In this document: positions 27,702 through 36,815 of the stretch, piece after piece
How positions within the stretch are numbered: the stretch's first letter is position 1
How the letters are laid out: the number at the start of each line of letters is the position of its first letter
Origin: Actinomycetota bacterium
GTDB lineage: Bacteria; Actinomycetota; Acidimicrobiia; Acidimicrobiales; CADCSY01
Direction: 5' to 3'
DNA length: 54,828 bases
Assembly (NCBI GenBank): GCA_019348495.1
Contig: JAHWJI010000004.1
Location: 1-54,828, forward strand
Notes under the pieces: generated by a model
Told to the model about the DNA's origin: nothing
The model's input: only the letters and a program-made list of their open reading frames with translations
Database searches by the model: none
Program-made: the position numbers and the translations under genes

Positions 27702-27772
27702 CAGCTCGCCTCCGCCAGCGCCCGGAGCACGGCCAGCTCGACCGAACGGAGTGAAGCGAGTGGGGTGGAGAG

Positions 27773-28417
27773 TCAGAGCACGCGGGCGTAGAGGTCCAGA
27801 GCCGGGCGCAGGACCGTGCTGAGTGCCCCGGGGAGGGCGAGCACCAGGAGCAGGAGGATCCCCATGGACCACTTCTGGACCTTGAGCCACGCCGGCCACC
27901 ATCGCTGGGGCAGGACCCGCTCGATCACGGCCGAGCCGTCGAGGGGCGGGATGGGCAGCAGGTTGAACACGGCCAGGATCACGTTGACGAAGCCGAAGAA
28001 GAACACGATGCGGGCGGGCAGCGACGGGTCGAGGAACACCGAGTCACCGAGGCGGACGGGTTCGAAGAAGCTGCGGTAGACGCCCACCGCCACCAGCACC
28101 AGGGCGACGTTGACCGCAGGGCCGGCCAGGCTGACGTAGAGGGAGTGCTGGCGGGGATGGCGCAGGCGGTTGGGCCGCACCGGCACCGGCTTGGCGTAGC
28201 CGAACGCCCCCAGCCCGCTGAGGGCGAGCAGGGCGGGCAGGATCAGGGTGCCGAAGGGATCGATGTGGCGGACGGGGTTGAGCGTCAGGCGGCCCGCCTG
28301 CTTGGCCGTGTCGTCGCCGTAGAACAGGGCGACCACCCCGTGGGAGACCTCATGGAGGATGACCGAGGGCACCAGGACGCCGACCACCACCAGGACCTGG
28401 CCCCAGTCGACGTTCAT
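27773..28417 (-). CDS. Site-2 protease (M50) family membrane metalloprotease
   Basis: HEVSH, AGP and FNLLPIPPLDG motifs. Confidence 0.93.
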   Translation of the reverse strand: MNVDWGQVLVVVGVLVPSVILHEVSHGVVALFYGDDTAKQAGRLTLNPVRHIDPFGTLILPALLALSGLGAFGYAKPVPVRPNRLRHPRQHSLYVSLAGPAVNVALVLVAVGVYRSFFEPVRLGDSVFLDPSLPARIVFFFGFVNVILAVFNLLPIPPLDGSAVIERVLPQRWWPAWLKVQKWSMGILLLLVLALPGALSTVLRPALDLYARVL

Positions 28418-28469
28418 CCCCCGGACGGGGAACGGTGGTGCGGGTCAACGCTCAGCGGGCAAGGGCTCC

Positions 28470-28805
28470 TCAGCTGCTGGCGCACGAGATGCAGTACCGG
28501 GTGGCGGGCATGGCCTCGAGCCGGGCTTCGGAGATCTCCTGGCCACAGCGCTCGCAAATCCCGTAGCCGCCCTTGTCGAGCTTCTCGAGGGCGTGGTCGA
28601 TGTCGGCCAGGGAGTCCTGGATGCTGTTGGCCAGCACCCGGTGCTCCCCCTTCTCGGCCGCCACCTGGCCGGAGTCGGCGAAGTTCCCGTCGAAGGCCAT
28701 GTCCTCGCCCCCGGTCCCGTACTCGCCGAGCTGGCGGCGGAGGTGGTCGCGCTCGACGCGCAGGGCGCTGCGCAGGGCATCGAGCACATCCGGGGAGGTA
28801 GCCAT
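28470..28805 (-). CDS. DksA/TraR C4 zinc-finger protein
   Basis: Coiled coil, then YGICERCG...RLEAMP...CISC. Confidence 0.9.
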   Translation of the reverse strand: MATSPDVLDALRSALRVERDHLRRQLGEYGTGGEDMAFDGNFADSGQVAAEKGEHRVLANSIQDSLADIDHALEKLDKGGYGICERCGQEISEARLEAMPATRYCISCASS

Positions 28806-28809
28806 CTGT

Positions 28810-29787
28810 TCAGGGTAGTGGGTCCCCCCTACCGGGGCGACCGCGGGCGCGGGGATGGGCTCGCTCGTACACCTGGCGCAGACGCTCGGTCGAGACCAGA
28901 GTGTACACCTGGGTGGTCGACACCGAGGCATGGCCCAGGAGCTCCTGGACCACCCGGATGTCGGCGCCGTGGTCGAGCATGTGAGTGGCGCAGGAGTGGC
29001 GTAGCACGTGAGGCGTGAGCCGCTCGCCCAGGCCGCACCGGTTCCCGTGGCGACGCACGATGCCCCACGCCCCCTGGCGCGACAACCGCCCACCCCGGGC
29101 GTTGAGGAACACCGCCGAGGCGTCGCCACGCCGGGCCCAGCGCTCGGGTGCCAGGACGTCGCGGCCAGAGGGCGACAGCCACGCCCCCAGCGCGTCGAGG
29201 GCCAGGCCGGCCACGGGCACCACCCGTTCCCGGGAACCCTTGCCCATGGCCCGCAGCACCCCGGCGTCGAGATCCAGGTCGGGCAGCGATAGCCGCACCA
29301 GCTCCGAGATCCGCAGGCCGGCGCCGTAGAGGACCTCCAACATGGCCCGGTCTCGCCGGGCCACGGCGTCGTGGCCGACCACGGCGCTGATGAGCGACGC
29401 CACCTCGTCCTCGGCCAGCGCCTTGGGCAGGCCGGCCGGGACACGGGGCGCCTCCACCCCGGAGGCCGGATCGGCCTCGAGGTAGCCCTCCTGGGTGAGG
29501 AAGCGGTGCAGGCAACGCACGACCACGAGCGCCCGGGCCACCGACGCCGGTGCCCGACCCTGGCCTCGAAGGTGGGCGACGTAGTCCTCCACCGTCTCGG
29601 CCCTCACATCGGCCAGCGTCATCTCCTGGCGTGCGAGCCAACCCACATAGGTACGAAGGTCCCGTCGGTACGCGCCCAGGGTGTTGGACGACCGGCCCTT
29701 CTCCGCCAGCATCCAGCTGAGGAACTCCTCAGCTTCCAGCGGCAGCTCCACGGGCCCACCACCGAGCGGGTCGTCGGCTGCGCCCAT
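28810..29787 (-). CDS. xerD: Tyrosine recombinase XerD
   Basis: NT..AYRRDL, RDRA, GLRISE, GKG, HVLRHS, LGH and TQVY motifs, in the usual position after pyrG-NUDIX-ald. Confidence 0.92.
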   Translation of the reverse strand: MGAADDPLGGGPVELPLEAEEFLSWMLAEKGRSSNTLGAYRRDLRTYVGWLARQEMTLADVRAETVEDYVAHLRGQGRAPASVARALVVVRCLHRFLTQEGYLEADPASGVEAPRVPAGLPKALAEDEVASLISAVVGHDAVARRDRAMLEVLYGAGLRISELVRLSLPDLDLDAGVLRAMGKGSRERVVPVAGLALDALGAWLSPSGRDVLAPERWARRGDASAVFLNARGGRLSRQGAWGIVRRHGNRCGLGERLTPHVLRHSCATHMLDHGADIRVVQELLGHASVSTTQVYTLVSTERLRQVYERAHPRARGRPGRGDPLP

Positions 29788-30881
29788 CACCCCTCGCCGG
29801 GAGGAAGACCCAGCGCCCGGGCCACCACCGGGTTGACCAACGCACCGGCCTCGGTGTTGAGGCCCCGCCCCAGCGCCGCGTCGGCGGCCACGGCCGGCCC
29901 GACGCCGAGCTCGGCCAGCTCCAGCACGTAGGGAAGGGTGGCGTTGGTCAAGGCGTAGGTGGAGGTGTGGGGAACGGCACCGGGAACGTTGCCCACCGCG
30001 TAGTGGACGACCTCGTGGCACACGTAGGTGGGCTGGGTGTGGGAGGTCTCCCGGATCGTCTCTATGCACCCGCCCTGGTCGATGGCGATGTCGACTATCA
30101 CCGCGGCGCGCTTCATCCCCGCCACCATCTCCTCGGTGACCACCGTCGGCGCCCGCCCACCCGGCACCAGGACGGCGCCGATGACCAGATCGGCCCCGGC
30201 CACGGCCCGCTCGACCGCACCCCGGTTGGAGGCGAGGGTCATGATGCGGCCCTTGTGGATCTGGTCGACCCACCGCAGCCGGTCGAGGTCCTTGTCGAGC
30301 AGCAGCACCTCGGCCTCCATGCCCGCGGCGATCCAGGCTGCGTTCCAGCCCACGTTGCCGGCGCCCAGCACCACCACCCGCGCCGGCCCCACCCCGGGAG
30401 CCCCACCCAGGAGCACGCCTCGTCCGCCGTTCTCGGCCTCCAACCAGTGGGCGCCGATCTGGGGGGCCATGCGCCCGGCCACCTCGCTCATGGGTGCGAG
30501 CAGGGGCAGGGCGCCGGAGTCGAGCTGCACCGTCTCGTAGGCCAGCGCGGTGGTGCCGGCGGCGAGCAGGGCGTCGGCCACCTCGGGGTAGGCGGCCAGG
30601 TGGAGGAAGGTGAACAGGACCAGGTCGTCCCGCAGGTGGTGCCACTCCTCGGGCTGGGGCTCTTTGACCTTGACCACCAGCTCGGCGGCCCAGGCGTCGC
30701 CCACCCCCACCAGCTCGGCCCCGGCCTCGGCGTAGCCCTCGTCGTGGAGGGACGAGGCCTCCCCCGCCCCCCGCTGCACCAGTACCCGGTGGCCGTGGGC
30801 GCTCAGCTCCCGGACCCCCTCGGGGGTGAGCGCCACCCGGGCCTCGCTGTCCTTGACCTCACGGGGAACCCCGACCAGCAC
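29787..30881 (-). CDS. ald: Alanine dehydrogenase
   Basis: GVPREVK, KVKEP, FLHLAA, PMSEVAGR, GAGNVG and DIAIDQGG motifs. Confidence 0.96.
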   Translation of the reverse strand: MLVGVPREVKDSEARVALTPEGVRELSAHGHRVLVQRGAGEASSLHDEGYAEAGAELVGVGDAWAAELVVKVKEPQPEEWHHLRDDLVLFTFLHLAAYPEVADALLAAGTTALAYETVQLDSGALPLLAPMSEVAGRMAPQIGAHWLEAENGGRGVLLGGAPGVGPARVVVLGAGNVGWNAAWIAAGMEAEVLLLDKDLDRLRWVDQIHKGRIMTLASNRGAVERAVAGADLVIGAVLVPGGRAPTVVTEEMVAGMKRAAVIVDIAIDQGGCIETIRETSHTQPTYVCHEVVHYAVGNVPGAVPHTSTYALTNATLPYVLELAELGVGPAVAADAALGRGLNTEAGALVNPVVARALGLPPGEG

Positions 30882-30920
30882 GCCGCCCACGGTAGACGGG
30901 CCCTCTCCCCGTGCCGGCCG

Positions 30921-31469
30921 TCAGCCCCGGCGCAGGCGCTCCCGGGCCAGTACGAGGCCGATGATGGTCTTGGCGTCGGCGATGCGCCCGTCGGCGACCA
31001 TGGCCGGGGCATCGGCCAGGGCCACGTGCTCGACGGTCATGTGGCGCTCCTCGACCCCCTGGGCCGACAGGGAACAGGAGGTGAGGTCCAGGGCGAGGTA
31101 GACGATGGCCCGCTCGTCGCAGAACCCGGGCGAGTTGTAGAACTCGGCCAGCTTCTCCAGCCGTCCCGCCCGCCAGCCCACCTCCTCCTCCAGCTCGCGG
31201 GCGGCGGCCACCTCCGGCGCCTCGCCGTCGACGTCGAGCTTGCCGGCGGGGATCTCCAACAACAGCCCCTCGACGGGGCCGCGGTACTGGCGCACCAGCA
31301 CGGCCGTCTCGCCGTCGTCGAGCACGGGGACGACCGAGACGGCGCCGGGGTGGTGCACGACCTCGCGCTGGAACTCCTCGCCGTCGGGGTCGACGAAGGT
31401 GGCCTCGGCCAGCGTCACGATGTGACCCCGGTGGATCACGCGCTCCCCCCGCTTGGAGAAGCCCTTCAC
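30921..31469 (-). CDS. NUDIX hydrolase (ADP-ribose pyrophosphatase-like)
   Basis: RQYR, EIPAG...[11 protein letters not shown] Nudix box, SPG and DAKT motifs. Confidence 0.92.
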   Translation of the reverse strand: MKGFSKRGERVIHRGHIVTLAEATFVDPDGEEFQREVVHHPGAVSVVPVLDDGETAVLVRQYRGPVEGLLLEIPAGKLDVDGEAPEVAAARELEEEVGWRAGRLEKLAEFYNSPGFCDERAIVYLALDLTSCSLSAQGVEERHMTVEHVALADAPAMVADGRIADAKTIIGLVLARERLRRG

Positions 31470-33118
31470 CCGGCGGCGACCGGCGTGGGTTGGTGGTCGA
31501 CGTCCAGCAGGCGGGGACGACGGCCCTCGGCCCGCACCAGGGCGGCGCCCACCAGCTCCCGGAACAGCGGGGCGGGACGGTTGGGTCGGCTCTTGAACTC
31601 GGGGTGGGCCTGGGTCCCGATCCAGAAGGGGTGGCCCTCGAGCTCGACGAACTCGACCAGGCGGTGGTCGGGCGACACACCCGAGCAGCACAGGCCGGCC
31701 GCCTCGAAGCGGGCCCGGTAGCGGGAGTTGAACTCGTAGCGGTGCCGGTGGCGCTCGTAGATGAGCTCGCGCCCGTAGGCCCGGGCCACCTGAGAGCCGG
31801 GAACCAGGCTGGCCGGGTAGACGCCGAGGCGCATGGTGCCCCCGAGGTCGACGACGTCGCGCTGGGTGTCCATCAGGTCGATGACCTTGTGCGGGGAGCT
31901 GCGGTCGAACTCGGCCGAGTGGGCCCCGGTCAAGCCGAGGACGTTGCGGGCGAACTCGATGGCCATCACCTGCATGCCCAGGCACAGTCCCAGGCAGGGC
32001 ACGTCGTGGTCGCGGGCGTAGCTGGCGGCGGCCACCTTGCCCTCGATCCCCCGCTCCCCGAACCCGCCGGGGATGACGATGCCGTCGAGGTCGCGCAGCC
32101 GGCCCTCGGCCAACAGGCCCTCGACGTCCTCGGCCTGGATCCACTCGAGCTCGACGTCGGCGCCGTGGTGGTAGCCGGCGTGGTGCAGGGCCTCGGCCAC
32201 CGAGAGGTAGGCGTCGGGCAGGCTGACGTACTTGCCGATGATGCCGATGCGCACCGGCCGGTCGGCGGCGTCCACCCGGGCCACGAGCGCCTCCCACTCC
32301 GCCAGGTCGGCCTCACCTCCGAGGCCGAGGATGCGGCACACCTCGTCGTCGAGGCCCTCCTCGTGCAGCACCAGGGGGATCTCGTAGAGGTGGCGGGCGT
32401 CGATGGCGTTGACCACGCCCCGCAGGGGCACGTCGCACAGGTTGGAGATCTTGGCCTTGAGCGACTCGGGGATGGGTGCGTCGCTGCGGCACACGATGGC
32501 GTCGGGCTGGATGCCCCGGCTGCGCAACTCGGTCACCGAGTGCTGGGTGGGCTTGGTCTTCTGCTCGCCCGAGGGCCCGAGGAAGGGCACCAGCGTCACG
32601 TGCACGTAGCAGACGTTCTCCCGCCCGACGTCCTTGCGGAACTGACGGATGGCCTCCAGGAAGGGGAGGATCTCGATGTCGCCCACGGTGCCGCCGACCT
32701 CGGTGATGACCACGTCGACCTCGTCGGTGGCCAACCGGGTGATGCGGCGCTTGATCTCGTCGGTGATGTGGGGGATGACCTGGACGGTGCGCCCGAGGAA
32801 CACGCCGCGGCGCTCGGCGGCCAGCACCGTCTGGTAGATCGAGCCGGTGGTGGCGTTGGAGGCCTGTGACAGGTTCTCGTCGATGAAGCGCTCGTAGTGG
32901 CCGAGGTCGAGGTCGGTCTCGCCCCCGTCCTCGGTCACGAACACCTCGCCGTGCTCGAAGGGGTTCATGGTGCCGGGGTCGACGTTGATGTAGGGGTCGA
33001 GCTTCTGGATGGTCACCCGCAGGCCCCGGGACTTGAGCAACCGGCCCAGCGACGAGGCAGTCAGGCCCTTGCCCAGCGAGCTGGTGACCCCTCCCGTGAC
33101 GAAGATGTGCTTGGTCAC
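31466..33118 (-). CDS. pyrG: CTP synthase
   Basis: [42 protein letters not shown] and QAHPE motifs. Confidence 0.98.
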   Translation of the reverse strand: MTKHIFVTGGVTSSLGKGLTASSLGRLLKSRGLRVTIQKLDPYINVDPGTMNPFEHGEVFVTEDGGETDLDLGHYERFIDENLSQASNATTGSIYQTVLAAERRGVFLGRTVQVIPHITDEIKRRITRLATDEVDVVITEVGGTVGDIEILPFLEAIRQFRKDVGRENVCYVHVTLVPFLGPSGEQKTKPTQHSVTELRSRGIQPDAIVCRSDAPIPESLKAKISNLCDVPLRGVVNAIDARHLYEIPLVLHEEGLDDEVCRILGLGGEADLAEWEALVARVDAADRPVRIGIIGKYVSLPDAYLSVAEALHHAGYHHGADVELEWIQAEDVEGLLAEGRLRDLDGIVIPGGFGERGIEGKVAAASYARDHDVPCLGLCLGMQVMAIEFARNVLGLTGAHSAEFDRSSPHKVIDLMDTQRDVVDLGGTMRLGVYPASLVPGSQVARAYGRELIYERHRHRYEFNSRYRARFEAAGLCCSGVSPDHRLVEFVELEGHPFWIGTQAHPEFKSRPNRPAPLFRELVGAALVRAEGRRPRLLDVDHQPTPVAAG

Positions 33119-33181
33119 GCTGAACCTGTCGCCATGGCGCCTCCCGAGTCGCGGCTTCAACCTGCTCGGGATTCGAGGCTA
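33115..33181 (-). promoter_or_regulatory. pyrG promoter/leader with SD-occluding hairpin and 6-aa uORF
   Basis: -10 TAGCCT (33181-33176), stem CCCGAG/CTCGGG overlapping SD GGGAGG, and ATG GCG ACA GGT TCA GCG TGA overlapping the pyrG GTG. Confidence 0.55.
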
Positions 33182-33594
33182 CCCCAGGGAGGCGTCTCAC
33201 CGGTCGACCCGTCGGACCGGCTCGCCGGCGTGCCCACGCTCAGCACCCCGTTGACGCCGCGGCCTTCTAGCGCCGTCCTGAGATGGAGACGGACCATCGT
33301 CGGCATCGACGGGACGATCGCCACGACCGGCCCAACGGATGGAGGCGCCTTCAGGTCTCCTCGGGACGACGACAAGATCGCCCTGCTCAGTGATGTCGCA
33401 TGCGGCGACAACCCCCTCGATGCGGAGCTGGGAGCCTGAGCCGCCCTACGCCCGGCTCGACCACGTCGACCCGGTGATCTCCGTTCGGCTGACGAGCGTC
33501 AACCGCCAGGAGCAGGTTCCCCTCAGCGCCGCTCATGTCGCAGACCACGGCAGGATGGGATGAGCTGAATGACGCCACGTTGTGGTCGACCTCT

Positions 33595-34488
33595 CTATTG
33601 GCGCCGGCCGGCCCGGTCGAGGATCCGTAGCGGGCCCACGGACTCGATCACCCGGCTGAACGAGACCACCTCCCCGGCCAGGTTGAGCCCGACCATGACC
33701 ACGAGGGTGACCACCCTGGTGGTGGGAGGGGTGGCCAGCACCAGGCCCAGCCCGAGGACGCCGCCGAGGGCGTTGGCCCCGGTGTCGCCCAGCATGACCC
33801 GCTCGCCCAGGTCGGCGGGGGCCAGGGCCAGAGCGGCGCCCACCACCACGGCCACGCCGGCTAGGTCGTCGGGCAGGCCGGTGGCCGCAGCCAGCACGAG
33901 GAACGACAGCGCAGCCACCTTCACCACTCGCCCCGGTGCCCGGTCGAACAGGTTGCCCAGGTTGGCGGCCAGGGCCACGAGGAGGGCGTCGGCCACCAGC
34001 AGCGCCGCTCCGCCCCCCGACACCGGGGCGCAGACGGCCAGGGCCAGCGCTCCCCCGCCCACCAGCTTGAGCCCCCCGGTGGTGAGCCGTCCCCGGACCA
34101 GCGCCCGCAGGTGGCCTTTGAAGCCCCGCCCGTCGGCGCCCGAGCCGGCCAGGTCGTCCACCAGGCCGAGCAGGGCCAGGCCGACCACGGTGCCCAACAC
34201 CGCCCAACGGCCTCCGGGCCCACCCCCCACTCCCCCGTGACGATCGGGCCCGTCACCGTCCCCGAAGCCGGCCAGGGCCACGGCGACCACGCCGGCCACC
34301 ACCAGTGCGGCCACGGCCAGCACCAGCCCTCCAGCCGTGGGCACCAGCCGGCCCCGGTGGTTCTCCCGGGTGAACACCGGCGCGGCCAACACCGGGCCCA
34401 GCGCCCGCCACGCCGCCCACCCGGCCACCAGTCCGAGCCCGAGGGCCACCAGAGCCGTCACCCGGGTGCTCCGTTCGGCGGCGGCCAA
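33595..34488 (-). CDS. Divergent MraY/WecA-like polyprenyl-phosphate sugar-1-phosphate transferase
   Basis: Multi-TM with PTAGG, GLVDD, NLFDRAPG and MLGDTGANALG motifs. Confidence 0.72.
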   Translation of the reverse strand: MAAAERSTRVTALVALGLGLVAGWAAWRALGPVLAAPVFTRENHRGRLVPTAGGLVLAVAALVVAGVVAVALAGFGDGDGPDRHGGVGGGPGGRWAVLGTVVGLALLGLVDDLAGSGADGRGFKGHLRALVRGRLTTGGLKLVGGGALALAVCAPVSGGGAALLVADALLVALAANLGNLFDRAPGRVVKVAALSFLVLAAATGLPDDLAGVAVVVGAALALAPADLGERVMLGDTGANALGGVLGLGLVLATPPTTRVVTLVVMVGLNLAGEVVSFSRVIESVGPLRILDRAGRRQ

Positions 34489-34513
34489 CGGTGACCGGTG
34501 GGGCCGGCCTGCA

Positions 34514-36079
34514 CTAGCGACCGGTCCGCTCGTAGACGGTCATGGCCACCGACGCCCCGACCTGGTCGACCTCGGGACCGGGCACCGGGCCCCACACCCG
34601 CGCCACGCGGGGATCGCGCTCGAGAGCGCGGGTGGCCGACGCGCAGTGGCGGTCCATCAGCCGGTACCACAGCAGGTCGTCGCCATCGGTGAACAGGCGA
34701 GGGCACACCAACAGGATGTGGCCACCGGCCTCGAGGCCGGCGACCAGGGGGTCGAGCACGGCCACGGGATCGGCGGTGCGCATCCGGTCGAGGACGTGGC
34801 GCCAGTCGGCCACCCGGGGATCGTCCACCACCCCGTCGGGGTCGGCGTAGCGGGGCTGGGCTCCCAGGTAGTAGGCGAGGAGGGGCACCTGTTCCATCTG
34901 GGTCGACAGCACCACGTCGCCCGCCCCCACCAGCCCGTCCAGGCTCCCCGCCAGCGTCGCCACGTTGCTCTTGGCCACGGCCGCTCCTGGCGTGCGCCCC
35001 TCGGCCACGAAAGGGAGTGGCACCGTCCACAGCACCACGACGACGCCCAGGCCCACCACGCCGGCACGGCCGGCCCGGGCCAGCGCCGACGCCGCCAACA
35101 GGATCAGGACCGGGAGGTAGGTACCGAAGTAGCGCGCCGACCAGGCCGGCGTGAGCTGTGACGCGGTCCACGAGGCCGCCACCGCGGTGGCGAGGATGGC
35201 GACCAGCAGGCCGGTGATCCGCTCGTCGCCCGACCCGGCCCCCTCCCCACCACGGCGGCGGGCCCGCACCAGGGTCACGACCACCACGGCCAGGGTGAGC
35301 ACGACCCCCCAACCGCCCAGGACCCAACCGAAGGCGTACAGCACGTCTCCGGGGCTGGGCGTGCGCGACCATGGCGCTCCGGTCTCGGCCATCTGAGCGA
35401 GCAACGTGGGGACCCAGGGGGCGTAGAGGGCGGCGACGGCGCCGAAGGCGGCCACCGCGTCCAAGGCGATGCGCCGGCGGGAGGCGCCGGCGCCGGCACC
35501 GGCCACGCACCACCCGGCCCCGGCGGCCAGGGCCAAGGCCAGGAACAGGCCCCAATGGTGGGTGTACAACACCGCGGTCAGGCTGAGCACGAAGCCGGCC
35601 AGCCAGCGACGGCGCCCGAGGGCGAACGCACCCACGAAGGTGGTCACGGCCACCAGGCCGACCAGCACCAACAGGCTGTACATGCGGGCCTCGCGACTCT
35701 GCACGCTGAGGTAGGGAACGGTGGCGGCCAGCGCCGCTGCCACCCAGCCGGCCCGCTCCGACACCAGGCGGTGGCCGGCCCAGAAGGCGACCGGGACCGC
35801 GGCCAGGGCGAAGACGAGCGACAGGGCCCGCACCGCCCCGGGCGACGACCCGGCCAGCGCCATCCACCCGTGCAGGAGCAGGTAGTACAGGGGGGGCGAG
35901 CCGTCCCGGGCCAGGACACCGGGGATCTCGACGAGGGGATGAGAGGCGATGCCCACGCTCATGCCCTCGTCGACCCACAGCGAGAAGCTGCGGCCACCCA
36001 GGCGCAACAGGGCGGAGGCGGCGGTCAGGGCCACCAGCGCGAGGCCGCGCCCCAACCTCGCCCGCTCCCCTACCACCAC
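34514..36079 (-). CDS. GT-C fold (GT39/PMT-like) membrane glycosyltransferase
   Basis: SLWVDE, PPLYY, R.LS, SREARMY and YTH motifs, many TM segments. Confidence 0.8.
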   Translation of the reverse strand: MVVGERARLGRGLALVALTAASALLRLGGRSFSLWVDEGMSVGIASHPLVEIPGVLARDGSPPLYYLLLHGWMALAGSSPGAVRALSLVFALAAVPVAFWAGHRLVSERAGWVAAALAATVPYLSVQSREARMYSLLVLVGLVAVTTFVGAFALGRRRWLAGFVLSLTAVLYTHHWGLFLALALAAGAGWCVAGAGAGASRRRIALDAVAAFGAVAALYAPWVPTLLAQMAETGAPWSRTPSPGDVLYAFGWVLGGWGVVLTLAVVVVTLVRARRRGGEGAGSGDERITGLLVAILATAVAASWTASQLTPAWSARYFGTYLPVLILLAASALARAGRAGVVGLGVVVVLWTVPLPFVAEGRTPGAAVAKSNVATLAGSLDGLVGAGDVVLSTQMEQVPLLAYYLGAQPRYADPDGVVDDPRVADWRHVLDRMRTADPVAVLDPLVAGLEAGGHILLVCPRLFTDGDDLLWYRLMDRHCASATRALERDPRVARVWGPVPGPEVDQVGASVAMTVYERTGR

Positions 36080-36080
36080 C

Positions 36081-36815
36081 TCACGTCACCCGCTTCCGGC
36101 GGCGGGCGGCGAGGGCGGCGGCGACGTCGCCGTACTGGCGCACGCGGTGCAGCTGCGAGCGCCAGTCGGTGCCGGTCACCCGGTGGGCCAGCTCGACCTC
36201 CACCTCCACCACCCGCAACCCCGCCACCAGGGCGTCGACGGTGAGGGCCGTCTCCACCCCGAAGCCCCGGGCGAGGGGACGCAAGCGCTCGAAGGCCGAC
36301 CGGGTGAGACAGCGCTGGCCCGACAGGGGCTGGGTGGGCGTCCATCCCGTGCGCTGCTCGATGCCCCGCCGGGCCAGGCCCACGACGAACCCTCGTCCGC
36401 CTCCCGGGGTGGCCGACGGGGGCAGGACGGCGATGGTCATGTCGGCCCGACCGCCGGCGACGGGATCGATCAGCGGGGCGGCGTTGGCCGCGCTGTCCTG
36501 CAGGTCGGCGTCGAGGAACAGCAGGTGCCGGGGCGACGGCCGCTCCTCCCGGCGGTCGGCGTCGGCCACCGCCCCCGCGCCCGTCTCCATGGCCGCGGCC
36601 TTGCCCCGGCGGCGGCGGTGCCCGCGCACCTGCGCCCCTGCGGCCCGGGCCACCTCGGCGGTGGCGTCGGTCGAGCCGTCGTCGACCACCACGACCAGAT
36701 CCACCCGGGCCAGGCCACGGGCGGCGGCGACGGTGGCGGCCAGGCGGTCGGCCTCGTCGTGGGCCGGCACCACCACCGCCACGCCAGGCGTCTCCAGCGG
36801 GCGGGCTCCGCTCAA
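36081..36815 (-). CDS. Family 2 glycosyltransferase
   Basis: VVPAHDE, VVDDGSTD, GKAAA, FLDAD, PLSGQR and FGVE motifs. TTGA overlap with the upstream gene. Confidence 0.9.
   Translation of the reverse strand: MSGARPLETPGVAVVVPAHDEADRLAATVAAARGLARVDLVVVVDDGSTDATAEVARAAGAQVRGHRRRRGKAAAMETGAGAVADADRREERPSPRHLLFLDADLQDSAANAAPLIDPVAGGRADMTIAVLPPSATPGGGRGFVVGLARRGIEQRTGWTPTQPLSGQRCLTRSAFERLRPLARGFGVETALTVDALVAGLRVVEVEVELAHRVTGTDWRSQLHRVRQYGDVAAALAARRRKRVT

Noticed and set aside
27702-27772. Terminator between convergent trpS and M50 genes
   Set aside because: Only a weak, interrupted inverted repeat (CTCGCCTC...GAAGCGAG) is present, which is not enough to call.
28810-29787. Integrase of a mobile element
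   Set aside because: Sequence and position after pyrG-NUDIX-ald fit housekeeping XerD, and there are no att sites, tRNA or cargo genes.
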